Positions 26,678 through 40,276 of a stretch of DNA of 64,000 bases are shown here, one piece after another. The position numbers and the translations under genes were made by a program. This stretch comes from Octopus sinensis (taxonomy: Eukaryota), in contig NC_043014.1 of NCBI RefSeq assembly GCF_006345805.1, positions 48,112,001 to 48,176,000 of the forward strand, read 5' to 3'. Numbering within the stretch: position 1 is the first letter of the stretch; the number at the start of each line of letters is the position of its first letter. A model generated the notes under the pieces. The model was not told where the DNA came from and did not search any database. It saw only the letters and a program-made list of their open reading frames with translations.

Positions 26678-26748
26678 TTATGAACATTCTGTCCGAGTTG
26701 TCATCATATTTCCGATTCTCTGGGTTACTGTCCGACATTTCTGACCAC
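26678..26748 (-). CDS. DNAJB9: DNAJB9 last coding exon
   Basis: tttcag acceptor. GGQKCRTVTQRIGNMMTTRTECS* is the diagnostic DNAJB9 C-terminal motif (human recalled as CRTVTQRRGNMVTTYTDCS). Total CDS is 666 nt. Not in the ORF track. Confidence 0.92.
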
Positions 26749-28526
26749 CTGAAACGAATTCAATACGAAATTACATGGATTAAGATATTGAATAATTAGC
26801 AAACATGGCATGAACTAATTCCAATAATTTCACTGGATGTTTTACTCTTTACTCTTTTACTTGTTTCAGTCATTTGACTGCGGCCATGCTGGAGCACCGC
26901 CTTTAGTCGAGCAAATCGACCCCGGGACTTATTCTTTGTAAGCCCAGTACTTATTCTATCGGTCACTTTTTGCCGAACCGCTAAGTGACGGGAACGTAAA
27001 CACACCAGCATCGGTTGTCAAGCAATGCTAGGGGGACAAACACAGACACACAAACATACACATACGAAGGGCTTCTTTCAGTTTCCGTCTACCAAATCCA
27101 CTCACAAGGCATTGGTCGGCCCGGGGCTATAGCAGAAGACACTTGCCCAAGATGCCACGCAGTGGGACTGAACCCGGAATCATGCGGTTGGTTAGCAAGC
27201 TACTTACCACACAGCCACTCCTGCGCCTATGTTTTAATGCATTTATGAGACAACACCTGCAGTAGAATTGACATATCATACATTTTTAACAACAGAAAAA
27301 TAGTTTGGTATACATAGACTGTAAATGAGGCCAAACAGGGTTGATTAGTACCAGATCTTGATTTTACAGGCCTATGGCCATTTGTATTCCAGCCATGACC
27401 CACCTGTCTTTCTATTTCCATTTTTATTTTTAGATTCAATCTCACCATGTGATACGCTGACCAAATGTTTTTTATTACAATTCTGGATCAACCAAAGCAT
27501 TTTAAATGGATTTCGTAGACAGAAACCGAGAGAAACCTGTCTGTGTGTGTGCATGTACTTATCTATGAGTGTCTGAACGTTTGTTTCCTCGTCTTGACAT
27601 TGTGTGAAAGTCACAAATGTGCATCACTGTCATTCATATCAATCTTCCATCAAAAGCATATCTGGCCACGAGAAAGATTACCTTATTTGATAACAAGTGA
27701 GGGCTGGTGACAAGAAGGGCATCCAGTCATAGAAAATCTGTCTCAATAAACTTCATCTGACCCATGCAAACATGGAAAGATGGACGTTAAAACAACAATG
27801 ATTAATCTATTACTATTATATTTGTACAGTTTACTCTTCCCCTTTCCACCATATATGTAACAACCGAACTCCTAAACCAATAATTTTATCTATAGCTTTG
27901 TTTTTGTACTATATTTACCCTTTACTCTTGTTTCAGTCATTTGACTGTGGCCATGCTGGAGCACCGCCTTTAGTCGAGCAAATCGACCCCAAGATTTATT
28001 CTTTGTAAGCCCCTAGTACTTATTCTATCAGTCTCTTTTGCTGAGCCGCTAAGTGACGGGGATGTAAACACACCAACATCTGTTGTCAAGCGATGTTAGG
28101 GGTACAAACACAGACACACAAACTTATACACACACATCATCATCGTTTAACGTCCGTTTTCCATGCTAGCATGGGTTAGACAGTTTGACCGGTATCTGGG
28201 AAGCCAGGAGGCTGCACCAGGCTCCAGTCTGATCTGGCAGTGTTTCTACAGCTGGATGCCCTTCCTAATGCCAACCACTCCGTGAGTGTAGTGGGTGCTT
28301 TTTACGTGACGCTGGCACAAGTGCCAGGGGAGGCTGGCAACGGCCACGATATATACGATGGGCTTCTTTCAGTTTCCATCTATCAAATCCACTCACAGGG
28401 CTTTGGTCGGCCCGAGGCCATAGTAGAAGACACTTGCCCAAGGTGCCACGCAGTGGGACTGAACCCAGAACCATGTGGTTGGTAAAGAAGCTACTTACCA
28501 CACAGCCACTCCTGCGCCTATATATA

Positions 28527-28569
<43 letters not shown>

Positions 28570-28805
28570 TACGATGGGCTTCTTTCAGTTTCCGTCTACC
28601 AAATCCACTCACAGGGCTTTGGTCGGCCCGAGGCCATAGTAGAAGACACTTGCCCAAGGTGCCACGCAGTGGGACTGAACCCAGAACCATGTGGTTGGTA
28701 AACAAGCTACTTACCACACAGCCACTCCTACGCCTATTCAGGTCTGCTAAATCAAAACGTTTTCTAAAAATTATTTGCTATTTACAAGAAAATTTTTTTA
28801 CTCAC

Positions 28806-29174
28806 CTGATGAATGCGATGAACTAAAAAAGCTGTTCATATGTCCACTATATTTAGCATGAGGTTGTTCAAAAAAATCTTCAAAATTATCAAAACTGAAA
28901 AAATCCTCGTTGTCATCACTATCACCAAAGAAATCATCAAATCGGAAGAAAGAATCATCGTCGTTGATCTTTATGTACTGTCCCCCTCCACCTCTTCCCT
29001 GGGAATTCTGACTACTGCGATGACTGGATGAGAAGAAATTATCAAAGCTGGAGCCAAACAAATCTTCAAAATTAAAAGAATGTGTTCCTTGAGAGAAGTC
29101 ATCCTGACTATCGCCAGTGTCGCCAAATTTGTCGTAACGTTCCTTCTTCTCAGGGTTTGACAAGATTTCATAAG
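28806..29174 (-). CDS. DNAJB9: DNAJB9 second coding exon (end of J-domain and G/F-rich acidic region)
   Basis: ttaaag acceptor, gtgagt donor. AYEILSNPEKKERYDKFGD...FNFEDLFGSSFDNFF... Confidence 0.9.
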
Positions 29175-30785
29175 CTTTAAAAGAAAAATTGGGAGAAATA
29201 ATTAAAAAAAACATTTTCAAATTGAAAAAAAAAACAAACTGTATATATCGAAACAGTAAAAATCGAAATCGATCAAAAATCAATGGAAATTGTAGTTTTG
29301 ATACCAGTGTTGGTGGCATGTAAAAGAACCATCCGAACGTGGCCGTTGCCAGTGTCGCCTCGACTGGCCTCCGTGCTGGTGCACATAGAAAGCACCAACC
29401 GATCATGGCCATTGCCAGCCTTGCCTGGCACATAAAAAGCACCCACTACACTCATGGAGTGGTTGGCGTTAGGAAGGGCATCCAGCTGTAGAAACACTGC
29501 CAGATCAGACTGGGCCTGGTGCAGCCTCCTGGCTTCCCAGACCCTGGTCGAACTGTTCAACCCATGCTAGCATGGAAAGCGGACATTAAACGATGATGAT
29601 GATGATGATTTCTTTAAACAACAATTTTTAATTGATTTGTACTGAAGTTAATGTTGTCTTCTTCCACATCACTATATAATGTCATTCATTGTTGTCATCA
29701 TTTTAATGCCATTTTTCTATGCTGACATGGGTTAGATAGAATTTGATGATCCAGATTTTCTATGGCTGGATGCCCTTACTGTTGCTAACCCTCATCCCAC
29801 CAAGAAGGTCTATTTAGCTGTAAACAGACACCACAAGGGAGCAGCAACTCAGCACAATAAATCTGACTGTATGATATTATCATGAGCTGAGTTTAATTTC
29901 TTTCATGGACAAAGCTTGACCACCACCAGAAAAAAGCCATCTGACCAATTGGTCAAGTCTCATTCACCAACATAACACTTGGACTCTGTCTTTCTACCTA
30001 TCAAGAACCATTTAAAAAAAATTCCCATTAGATTAATCTGTTTTGGATACGTTCCATAATGACTTCTTTCAACAAGGCCCCTACAATCCAATATGTATAA
30101 AAGCGGAAAGGAGAGAGAGTGGGTGAGGAGGAAAGAGATAGAGAGATTACTTAGAGTTATTAGGATTAATTTAACTCCTTAACATTTAAACCAGCTATGT
30201 CCAGCCCAAAATATTCTGTTTTATGTTCAAGCTGGCCAGATCCAACCTCTTACACCTACCTCACACTGTCATTCTAAAAACACACAATCATATTGTTCAC
30301 ACCTCAAAGCTGTGAGATAATGCATGATTAATCCGAAACAATGAGATTGAAATCGAAATCGATCAGAATCAATGGAAATTGTAGTTGTGATATCAGTGCC
30401 GGTGGCACGTAAAAGAATCGTCCGAACGTGGCTGTTGCCAGCGCCACCCCAACTGGCCCCCATGCCGGTGGCATGTAAAAAGCACCAACCGATCGTGGCC
30501 GTTACCAGCCTCGCCTGGCACATAAAAAGCACCCACTACACTCACGGAGTGGTTGGCGTTAGGAAGGGCATCCAACTGTAGAAACACTGCCAGATCAGAC
30601 TGGAGCCTGGTGCAGCCTCCTGGCTTCCCAGACCCTGGTCGAAGTGTCCAACCCATGCTGGCATGGAAAGCAGACGTTAAATGATGATGATGATGATGAT
30701 AAACATGACAGAGTAATCTGAATGCAAGAAGGTTGTGGTAAAAAAAAACAAAAAAAAAAATTTTTTTTAATTAAATAATTCTTAC

Positions 30786-31011
30786 CTTTACTAATTTCTA
30801 CAAATTTTTTTTCAGCCTCTGGGTTATCTTTATTTTTATCTGGGTGATATTTTAGGGCTAATTTTCTAAAGGCACTCCTAATTGTCTTTTGAGAAGATCC
30901 TCGTTTTATGCCAAGTATTTCATACAGGTCTTTGTTTGCCTCAAATGATATGACCTCCTGTACAAGAACGCTTGACAGAGCAGTGAAGAGCAGCATTTTG
31001 TTGAAATACAT
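30786..31011 (-). CDS. DNAJB9: DnaJ homolog subfamily B member 9 (ERdj4), first coding exon: signal peptide and J-domain
   Basis: ATG at 31011, 14 nt after a tttcag acceptor. Hydrophobic leader, then [49 protein letters not shown] with the HPD motif. gtaag donor. Confidence 0.9.
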
Positions 31012-31722
31012 TTTTACACTTTGATCTGAAAAGAAAAATCAAAAAGAAACAAAAGGAACAGTTATTAAAAGCTAAATCAGATTTTAATGATTCTTCCTTA
31101 AACAGTACACAGAAGTAAATTAGAAATATATTGAGAGACAAAAAAAATAGAAAAACAGAAAAATAACTTTTAAAAAAGTGAAACAGGTGCAGGCATGGCT
31201 GTGTGGTTAAAAACTTTGCTCTGGAACCACATGTTTTGGGGTTCAGTCCCACAGTGCAGTATCTTGGGCAAGTGTTGTTTTCTATAATCCTAGGTCGGTT
31301 AATGCATTGGGTGGATTTGGTAGATGAAAATTGTAGAAACCTGTTGTATATATACATATACATATATATCATCATCATCATTTAACGTCCGCTTTCCATG
31401 CTAGCATGGGTTGGACGATTTGACTGAGGACTGGCAAACCAGATGGCTGCGCCAGGCTCCAGTCTGATCTGGCAGAGTTTCTACAGCTGGATGCCCTTCC
31501 TAACGCCAACCACTCTGAGAGTGTAGTGGGTGCTTTTAAAGTGCCACCGGCACGAGGGCCAGTCTGGTGGTACTGGCAATGGCCATGTTCGAAAATTGTG
31601 TTTTCTACATGCCACCTGCACAGGAGTCAGTCCAGCAGCACTGGCAACGACCTCGCTTGAACATTTTGTTCACATGTCACAGGCACAAGTGCCAGTGAGG
31701 CGACGCTGACAATGATCACATA

Positions 31723-32620
31723 CAGTACTATGCAAAAGTCTTCAGCCACTTTAAACTATTGTAAATTTTACTAATTACAAACTTATAAATGGATGTTTTG
31801 CATTGCGTTTCTTACACATGAAACACTGGTCCTGTTGGAGTTATTTCCATACCTAATCGTTGTATTTTGTAGTAAGGGTTCTGAATGAGGGGGGAAGATG
31901 TGAGACGACCACCAAAAATGGCCGCGCAAACGTTTTTCACCACCTCACATAAACCAATCAAGATAAAGTGTTTTAAAAAGAGAAAAATGTCTATAATGAA
32001 AATTTATTACATAATGTTCATTTTAAGAAGTTACTGTACATTGTTAATGTTTCGTGTGGCTTCCCTTAGCTTGAAAAATTGCTTAAATGGGCCTGGGAAG
32101 AGATGCATACAAATCCTTCACCATCTTCACAAGTATGTGTGGCTGAGCTCCCACGACTCTTCAAGATTGCATGAATTCTTCTGATGAACTCTTCTCTTTC
32201 ATTCTGTCCACATTTGCTAGATGATATCTAAGTCAGGGCTCTGAGCTGGCCAGTCTTTCAATATGGTAACACCTTCATCAGCCACACTCTGTTGTGTTGC
32301 ACGTGATCTGTAGCATGGAACTCCATCATGCTGAAAAATCTCCCCTTCATCCACGTCTGGTATCAAACTGTCCTTCAGCAATTGGATGTATTTGGCACTG
32401 TTCAAGCTACCGTTAATTTTAACCAACTTTCTTGAACCATTGCTTTTTATGTATTCCCAAAGCATCAGACTCTTACCCCTAAACTTCACTGTTTTCGTCA
32501 TGTAATGTGGGTCGTTTCGCTTTCTAATAAGCGAGAATTTGTCAGAAGGCCTCCAGGAAAGTGAAACAACCCACGTAGCCCTAACCTCCCCACAAGTGCT
32601 TGACAACATTGTTGGTTTGT
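31723..32620 (-). mobile_element. Tc1-like DNA transposon remnant (DDE transposase 3' half and one TIR)
   Basis: SLMLW..IKSNG...GEIFQHDGVPCYRS...DWPAQSPDLDII, then a frameshifted QAKGSHTKH* end. TA plus CAGTACTATGCAAAAGT terminal repeat at 31721-31740. Stops are present. Confidence 0.9.
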
Positions 32621-33824
32621 TTATGTCCCTGTAACTTGGTGGTTCGGCAAAAGAGACCTAAAGCATAAGTACCAGACTTCAAAGAATAAATACCGAGGTT
32701 GATTTGTTCAAGTAAAATCCTTCAAGGCAATGCTCTAGCATGGACGCAGTCCAGTAATTGAAACAAGAAAAAGATAAAACTTTCCTGAATCTTTCAAAGA
32801 CAGGTGAGTCCTAAATGAAACAGCATAATTTTGGTGCCACCAGGATTGACAAAATAAATACCACTAATACAAGTCTTTCTAATGGAGGCACAAGGAAAAG
32901 TTGTGAAGGAGAGAGTTAATTGACATCAACCTCAGTACATGACTGGTACTTTATTCTCATTGACTCAGAAGGTACAAAAGGCAAAATTGACTCTGACAGG
33001 ATTTGAACTCAAAATCTATGAAATTGGATAAAACCCACAAGACATTTTGTCTAACACTGTAACGATTCTGCCAACCTTATTAACTATTGTCTTCAGTCTC
33101 TGTTAAAAGTCAAGGAAGCTTCTAAATAGTCAACCAGCCTGCTAAAAATAGCAGCCAAAGTTTCTGTCAATCTCACCTTATTCATATAAGAAGGAAGGAC
33201 ACTCTAATCCTCGATATACTGTCAGAAATAAAGTGAAGATTGTCATGGATTCAGGATAAGCAAGAATAACCATAGTACTAGTTATACTAACACAAATCAC
33301 AGTGACTCAATATAGGCACTTGACCTACAGGTCAAATTTCATATCACCCACGACTGTCTAAAAAAAATTATAAATTGGATAGTGTAATCTGCGTAATATT
33401 ATGCTCTTGACATATGACTAGGTGATCACAGACAGGATGTTGCTAATATTTACAGCAAACTAACATGTAGGTCTCTATGTGGTCAAATCTGCTAGAAATA
33501 GCAACCAAATCACACAGTGTTGTACTTTACGAGTTTAAAAAAAAATACAATGCCTATTGAATAATGTAGTCTGAGAGAAATTCGTAAAAAAGTTTTTATG
33601 AAAATTGGATGGTTGGTCATGGATGGAATGGGTTTTTTTTATATCCTAGTGGGACCAACTTGGGATCGAACAAAACTAGATAGCGATATAGTCTGTACCA
33701 TATTGTGCTTCGTCTTCTGGCGGTGACGTAATATCTGGGACATAAACTTGTAATTTAGACTGATAGATTAAAACAATTACGATAAACAGCGGAATATCTC
33801 AGTGACAAGAACAAAAAAATAATT

Positions 33825-34203
33825 GGCGATCTTTCGTCTCTAGTAGATCTTTCCGTCGATTTCCGTAAAAAATTTTTTTTTTTTTTACATATGGGCTTGC
33901 GGGAACTTTTGAAGTAATGAGAGCGAAAGAGACTAAGAGAAAGCGATTGTATGACGAGGGAAGTTCTTTTGAAGTTACCGTGCATGGAAAGCATTGATGT
34001 ACATGTGTGTGTGTTTGATGGGGTGTGGGAGACAGAAAGTATGTTGTGTAAGTGAAGTGCTTCTGTTAGTGTGTGTGAAGAGACTCGGTGTATGTGTATA
34101 TGTATGTATATTACTTCAAAAGTTCCCGCAAGCCCATATGTAAAAAAAAAATTTTTTTTTTACGGAAATCGACGGAAAGGTCTACTAGAGACGAAAGATC
34201 GCC
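33825..34203. mobile_element. Foldback/MITE with ~94-bp inverted arms (33825-33918, 34110-34203)
   Basis: ggcgatctttcgtctctagtag...gaagtaat is the near-perfect reverse complement of attacttc...gacgaaagatcgcc. Confidence 0.8.
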
Positions 34204-35447
34204 TTAGGAGGTTAATAAAAGGTAGGCAGTCTTTCGTTATATATATATAATGGACACAGAAGCAGATTGAAAGGAAGACAGGTACTGCACCATAGAAACT
34301 GGTAAACTATAATTTCATTTAACATAAAGATCACCCATGGCTTATATTGTGGACGGCAGTTTTTAACATAATTTCTAGGTAACTAAAAAATTTTTAACTT
34401 CGTATACTGGTAGAATGTGTTTATAGAACATCTTTTTCTCTTGGCTTTATTAAGAAAATTCTATAGTTTGTAGGCTATTTCTTCTTGTTTTTTCTTCAAT
34501 TTCTGCAATTTCAACCAATCACTGACGTCCATTGAGGTAAAAAAAAACCATTCTGTGTCGTATGAATATGTCCCTCGTTTAAGAAACAGATTGGGTTTAT
34601 TTACATTTGTGAAGAAAAAAGATACCCTTCCCCCACCACTAACCTTAACCCTAACCCTAAAACAGATTGAAATGCAATAGATCGATTCTAGGGTCATAAT
34701 TATGGGTAACAATTTCATCTGACACCGGTAGAAAAAACTGTCGTTCAAACCAAAAAGATCCCGATGGGGAAGTAGAGAAGAGATTGTGAGAAGTTGCATG
34801 TAAGGCGCAATGTTTACTTTCCATGAAACTTGGTGCTTTATTATTATTTTTCTTTTTGTATGTCACTGTATAACCGTAATTGCATCGTTGGGATTTACAT
34901 AACGAAGACTGGTTTATAATATAGCGCTTTGTCAAATAATTTGCTACCCACCATTATATGTACATAATGCGAAAACTCGCCGAAAGGTCTAATAAAACTT
35001 TGTGATCTTTAGGGGCGGAAAAAAGCGAAAAAAAAAAAAGTACAAAGAAACTTTAATGATATCAGAAAGTGAATTGTACTTGAGAAATGTGGTGACATAA
35101 CTGAAGTTTTTTTCTGACATAAGAGTGACAGATGACATCGAAGGAGGTGACACGCTGTCCACCTCGTCAGTTGTCAGTGATCGCATGAAAACAAAACAAT
35201 TTACTGACAAAAAACACAAACACTTTGAGAAGGGACGATCCAAAGGGGAAACCTTTCTGCTGCCTCTCCTCCTTGCTGGAAGTAGCAGTCAAGTCTCCTT
35301 TAAATTAGAGAAAACATTCGATTAACGGAAATTATCCACGCGCTTAGTAGATAAAAACTCTCTCAGAGGTATTGAAATCTTAGAAAGAAGGGAAATAAAC
35401 CTGTTGATATCAGCTAGACTTTTTGTAATATAAAATTGATGCAGATA

Positions 35448-35838
35448 GGCGCAGGAGTGGCTGTGTGGTAAGTAGCTTGTTTAGCAACCACATGGTTCCG
35501 GGTTCAGTCCCACTGCGTGGCACCTTGGGCAAGTGTCTTCTACTCTAGCCTCAGGCCGACCAAAGCCTTGTGAGTGGATTTGGTAGACGGAAACTGAAAG
35601 AAGCCTGTCGTATATATATATATATATATGCGTGTGTGTGTATGTGTATGTTTGTGTGTCTGTGTTTGTCCCTCTAGCATCGCTTGACAACCGATGCTGG
35701 TGTGTTCGGCAAAAAAGACCGATAGAATAAGTACTGGGCTTACAAAAAAATAAGTCCAGGGGTCGATTTGATCGACTAAAGGCGGTGCTCCAGCATGGCC
35801 GCAGTCAAATGACTGAAACAAGTAAAAGAGTAAAGAGA
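35448..35838 (+). mobile_element. SINE family B (~400 bp, tRNA head, CORE-like ccttgggcaagtg, internal TA/TG tract, (agtaaaag)n tail)
   Basis: Near-identical copies at about 20788-21172, 26830-27228, 27920-28130, 28340-28735, 44910-45292, 45870-46215, 47321-47732, 51420-51764, 54100-54500, 57350-57640 and 60345-60680. Confidence 0.85.
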
Positions 35839-36671
35839 TGTTCAGTGTTTAAAAACAATTGGTGAACACTATGGACACGTTTCGGTTATTATCAGAAAAG
35901 CGATGTGATGGCAGAATCGGACAAAAGGTTTAGCAGTTTTTCTTCCAGTTTTACGTTCCGAGTTCAAATACCGCCGAGGTTAACTTTGCCTGTCACCCTT
36001 TCATCCAAAATTTCAGACTTTGTGCCTATATATAGTAGAAAGAATTGTTTGAGCTCCTTTGAAATAAATTCAAAAACCAAATTCACCTGCCTCACCACTA
36101 TTTTGGAGTTATCCATCTTCCTTATTGACTTCAGATTTTCAAACATCTCCCAAGGGAATCTTTGTCAATAAACTACATAGATAATGTCAGTTTACTGAAG
36201 TTTTGTTTCCCCCAACTATCTATATTATGTGATACTTTAACGTATATTTAGTATTGCAGAATGATATCTTAGGGTACTTTCCCTTCAGCCATAGAATACT
36301 CTTGATACCTTTACTACGATCACAGTTGGAATAGATTTGATCATAAGTTCTGCTCGGTCAGGGCTGACCTCAGCTTCAACAACAATTGGCATGGATGTCA
36401 CAATAAAATTTAGCCAGATATTCAGGGTACACAACGACGAGTGCTCCAACTTGATGGTTAGTCTCAAGGCCCTCATGCTTTCCGAAATCCGCCAAAACTA
36501 CACCTGATTATATATACACTTTAGATGAGTTGTAGTGCACCTGAGCACTGTACACAATTATTATTATTATTATTATATTATTCTGAATCAGTAGACTGTT
36601 TGACCAATAACATTTCAACAGTGATCATCATCTGTAGCTTCATTCATTTTGGTATCATTCCTGTAGTGAGA

Positions 36672-36745
36672 GTCCCAATAGCTCAACGGTTTAGAGCACT
36701 GGTCTCGTGAACCAGGGGTCGTGGGTTCGAATCTCACTTAGAGCA
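36672..36745 (+). pseudogene. tRNA-Thr(CGT)-like pseudogene
   Basis: TAGCTCAACGGTTTAGAGC D-arm, perfect CTGGT/ACCAG anticodon stem, CGT at 36706-36708, GTGGG-TTCGAAT-CTCAC T-arm. Acceptor stem has two C-A mismatches; G at position 37. Confidence 0.7.
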
Positions 36746-37769
36746 ATGCATCAGCATGTCTTTCTTTTCGGTATTTCGTCTGCCGATACGTTCTGCGTTC
36801 AAATTCTGCCAAGGTCGACTTTGCCTTACATCCTTTCGGGGTCGATTAAATAAGTACCAGTTACGCACTGAGATCGACGTAATCGACTTAATCACTTTGT
36901 TTGTCCTTGTTTATCCCCTCTGTGTTTAGCCCCTTGTGGGTAGTAAAGAAATAGGTATTATTCCTGCAGGAGTTGAATGCGAGTCAACTTTGAGCTGGTA
37001 CGCTTGGGTCGATTAAGGAACGTCTATATGACAACACTAGGCCAGAGTTCCATCTGGATATGGTAGAGGAGGAATGGAAGTGAATTTAGAAATAATTTAG
37101 CCTAGTCAACAAGCGTCTTCGACTGAACAGTTTACGACACTAAAGACACCTTGGACGAGGGGCACCTTAACCATCCAGGAGAGTTGCAATCCAGACAACT
37201 GTACAGGCTATGGCAGGGAGGAGTATCCAGGAGTCCATGACCTGGATGCAATCCGCTCCCACCACCAACACCACCAGAATGTAAGGAGCTAAGGGCCGGA
37301 ATACCTGCATGTGTTAGAGAACGTAGACTCAGATCAATTATGGAACATCAACATGATAATTCAAAATAGTAGAAACAACCACTAAATCTCCTTCAAAAGA
37401 CATCCCGCAGCACTCGACATATTGTGATGTATAGTCTAGGATAATAAAACTGTCAAAATTGACAAAGAGTGGAGAGTTATAGCTATGATGTCTGACCAGA
37501 CATGTTTACACACACACATATGGAAGAGATGGATCGAGAGGAGCAGTGATACCCACAACTGGGTGCGGATTTGAGGGGACACAGAACTCCCTCTCCGTCT
37601 CATCGGTGTCTGTTTGAAGAGGAGAAGCATGTTTGATGCCGGCTGCTAAGAGACACCCTCCTCTGTTACATCATTGACGCAGTGACTATGAGATGAAAAA
37701 TTGTAAATAATTAAACGATTAAAAGGAGGAAATGGAGAAAAAAAAATCGTCTATAGAAAAGATTTAATG

Positions 37770-37985
37770 GAAACAGTTGTCTTCTTTGATAAAGAAGCTC
37801 TTGCCTCTGTGTGTGTGAAATCTGTAAGTGTGTATGATGTATGTATATCGTGTTTTCATGCGATTGATTTCACATCCTTCCATTTTTAAAGTGATTCTAT
37901 TAATTCTAATGTGATTCCTTGGACATACTTGTTCCTTGTTTGGCAGCGTTGAAATCTCCAACGATGGATGATTACACAGATCTTT
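37770..37985 (-). mobile_element. Decayed LINE APE-endonuclease fragment, tentative
   Basis: IVGDFNA motif on the minus strand (~37945-37965); surroundings frameshifted. Confidence 0.3.
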
Positions 37986-38638
37986 GGGTTTAATCTGTAA
38001 TTTTACCGATCTTTGTTTATTTTCAGAATTCAGGACTCTTAATCATTTGCTCTCCATAACCAATAAAATCGAAAATAATTATATTTCTGACTTGTACTTC
38101 GTTGGAGAACTGCATACAAATCTATTGCATTACAGAAAAGTCGTTATAGACATTTTAAATACACACATATTATACATACATATACACCATATATATATTA
38201 TAAATATACCGTTATATTTTTCAAGTAGTTCCGTAGTATATTATACACGCTAAAATGTGTATATGTGTGTGTGTAGAGTATGATAGACTATAACTGATAA
38301 AGTGTCATATCTACATGGACAATGGAAGATTAATAAATGTTTAATAACCACACGGAAACTTAAACTAAAATTGAATCTGTTTGATCGAAATATCTCCGAT
38401 GTATCCATCAAGATGTCGAATGTAAAATAATGATGTAATAAAAAAAGAAACTTGGTATTAGATATGAATCGGCATCAGAGCTCGTATATAAATGTATTGA
38501 CGTATGTGTGTATACATACTCACACACGTTGATCAATGACAGTTCTTTGTGCCCCTGATTCTGCCATTCAGTGGTAATCTTGTAAGCTATGCCTCAATAC
38601 ATTCATATATACACGTAAACATACACCCATATACATGA

Positions 38639-38673
<35 letters not shown>

Positions 38674-40231
38674 GTGTTAATCAGCCACAGAATATATATT
38701 TATAGGTTCCTTGTCCATTGATGTTTGTCCATTGATGAGTGAGGTTGACCGGAGAAAGGTTTAGTTTCCGCATATATATACATATATACACTTACATATA
38801 TACAGACATGCATTTATATACACACAAAAACAAAATCACACACATATGTATGTGTGTGTGTATGTCTGTATATATGTGTATGTATGTATGTGTGTGTGTA
38901 TGTCTGTATTTGATGTGTGTATGTATGTGTGTGTGTATGTCTGTATATATGTGTATGTGTGTGTGTATGTCTGTATATATGTGTATGTATGTGTGTGTGT
39001 AGTGTTAATCAGCCACAGAATATATATTAATAGGTTCCTTGTCCATTGATGTTTTATTTGTTGATCGGAGGAAGGTTTAGTTTCCGCATACACATACATA
39101 TATACACTTACATGTATATAGACATGCATTTATATACACACACATATGTCTGTGTGTGTGTGTCTATATTTGATGTATGTATATATGTTGTGGATCAACA
39201 AGGGATGACGATGAAGATAAGGGTGAACCAAAACGAAATTATAAACAAATCAGGAAAATAATTCAACGGGGAGTAAAGAAGAAAAAAAATGAAATGATAG
39301 CACAAAGAAATGAGAAAGGTTTTTGATATGCGATGGAGAATCTGTGGGAAATACAGTGACGTGGATAAAATGACGGCTATACATGATCGTGTCGTTTCTT
39401 ACCTGAGTTGACAATTTCGGAGCGGAGAGATTAAAGGTGTAACAGCGAAGAAATGAAACCGTGACTAATAAATTATGAAGACAAAGTTAGAAGGGGAGTG
39501 GTGAATGAATGAGTGAGAGAAAGAGAGGGGGGGAGAGAGAGAGAAAGTGGTAGAGTGAGAGAGAGGGGAGCAGAATGAGTGAGGTAAATAACAGTGTGAG
39601 AGAGTGACAGCGTGAGTGAACACATTGAGTGATGTGGAGAAGAAGGAAGAGTGGTTCGTATGTGTATGTGTGGGGAGAGAAAGAGGTAGTGAGAGAGATA
39701 GAGAGAGTAGCAGAATGAGTGAGGTAAGTATCAGCGCGAGAGGGTGACAGCGTGAGTGAAACACATTGAGTGATGTGGAGAAGAAGGAAGAGTGGTACAT
39801 ATGTGTGTTTATAAATAAATAGATAGATAGATAGATAAAGAGAGAGGGGGACAATGAAGGAGGATGTTGTGGGATAAACTACACTCCAACTTGTAGCTTC
39901 AGCAACGTAGACCTTTTCCATTGGTCAATACTGAGCACATGACTGAAAACAGATGTACTTTAAGTAAGTGAAAGAGAAGTTGTAAATAAGAGAGGGAATG
40001 GAATCTATTTTGGCTGGCTTTGATAATTCTTGACATAAAAGAATTTTACCAAAGTAATAGGGATGAAGATGCTGGTGTTCAACATCGACATAATATAGGA
40101 TTTGATAACTGTCTTCTACGATGACATAATTGCACTCTTACGAATTTGCTCACGTAACTTCCTTTAATTTACCAAGTTCTGTGTATCAGAGGTTAAATGC
40201 CACTGCTTGGTAGACCGTGCGTGTGTGTGCC

Positions 40232-40276
<45 letters not shown>

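Noticed and set aside
34160-34203. Hammerhead-like gtc-tactaga-gac-gaaa in the foldback arm
   Set aside because: No acceptable core upstream and no U16.1 or stem I downstream.
35870-35900. Hammerhead-like ctgataa..ccgaaacgtgtc (minus strand)
   Set aside because: G8 is missing, stem II is absent and stem I does not pair.
40015-40160. Penelope RT remnant (LDIKEFYQS)
   Set aside because: A single weak motif; it cannot be supported without a profile search.
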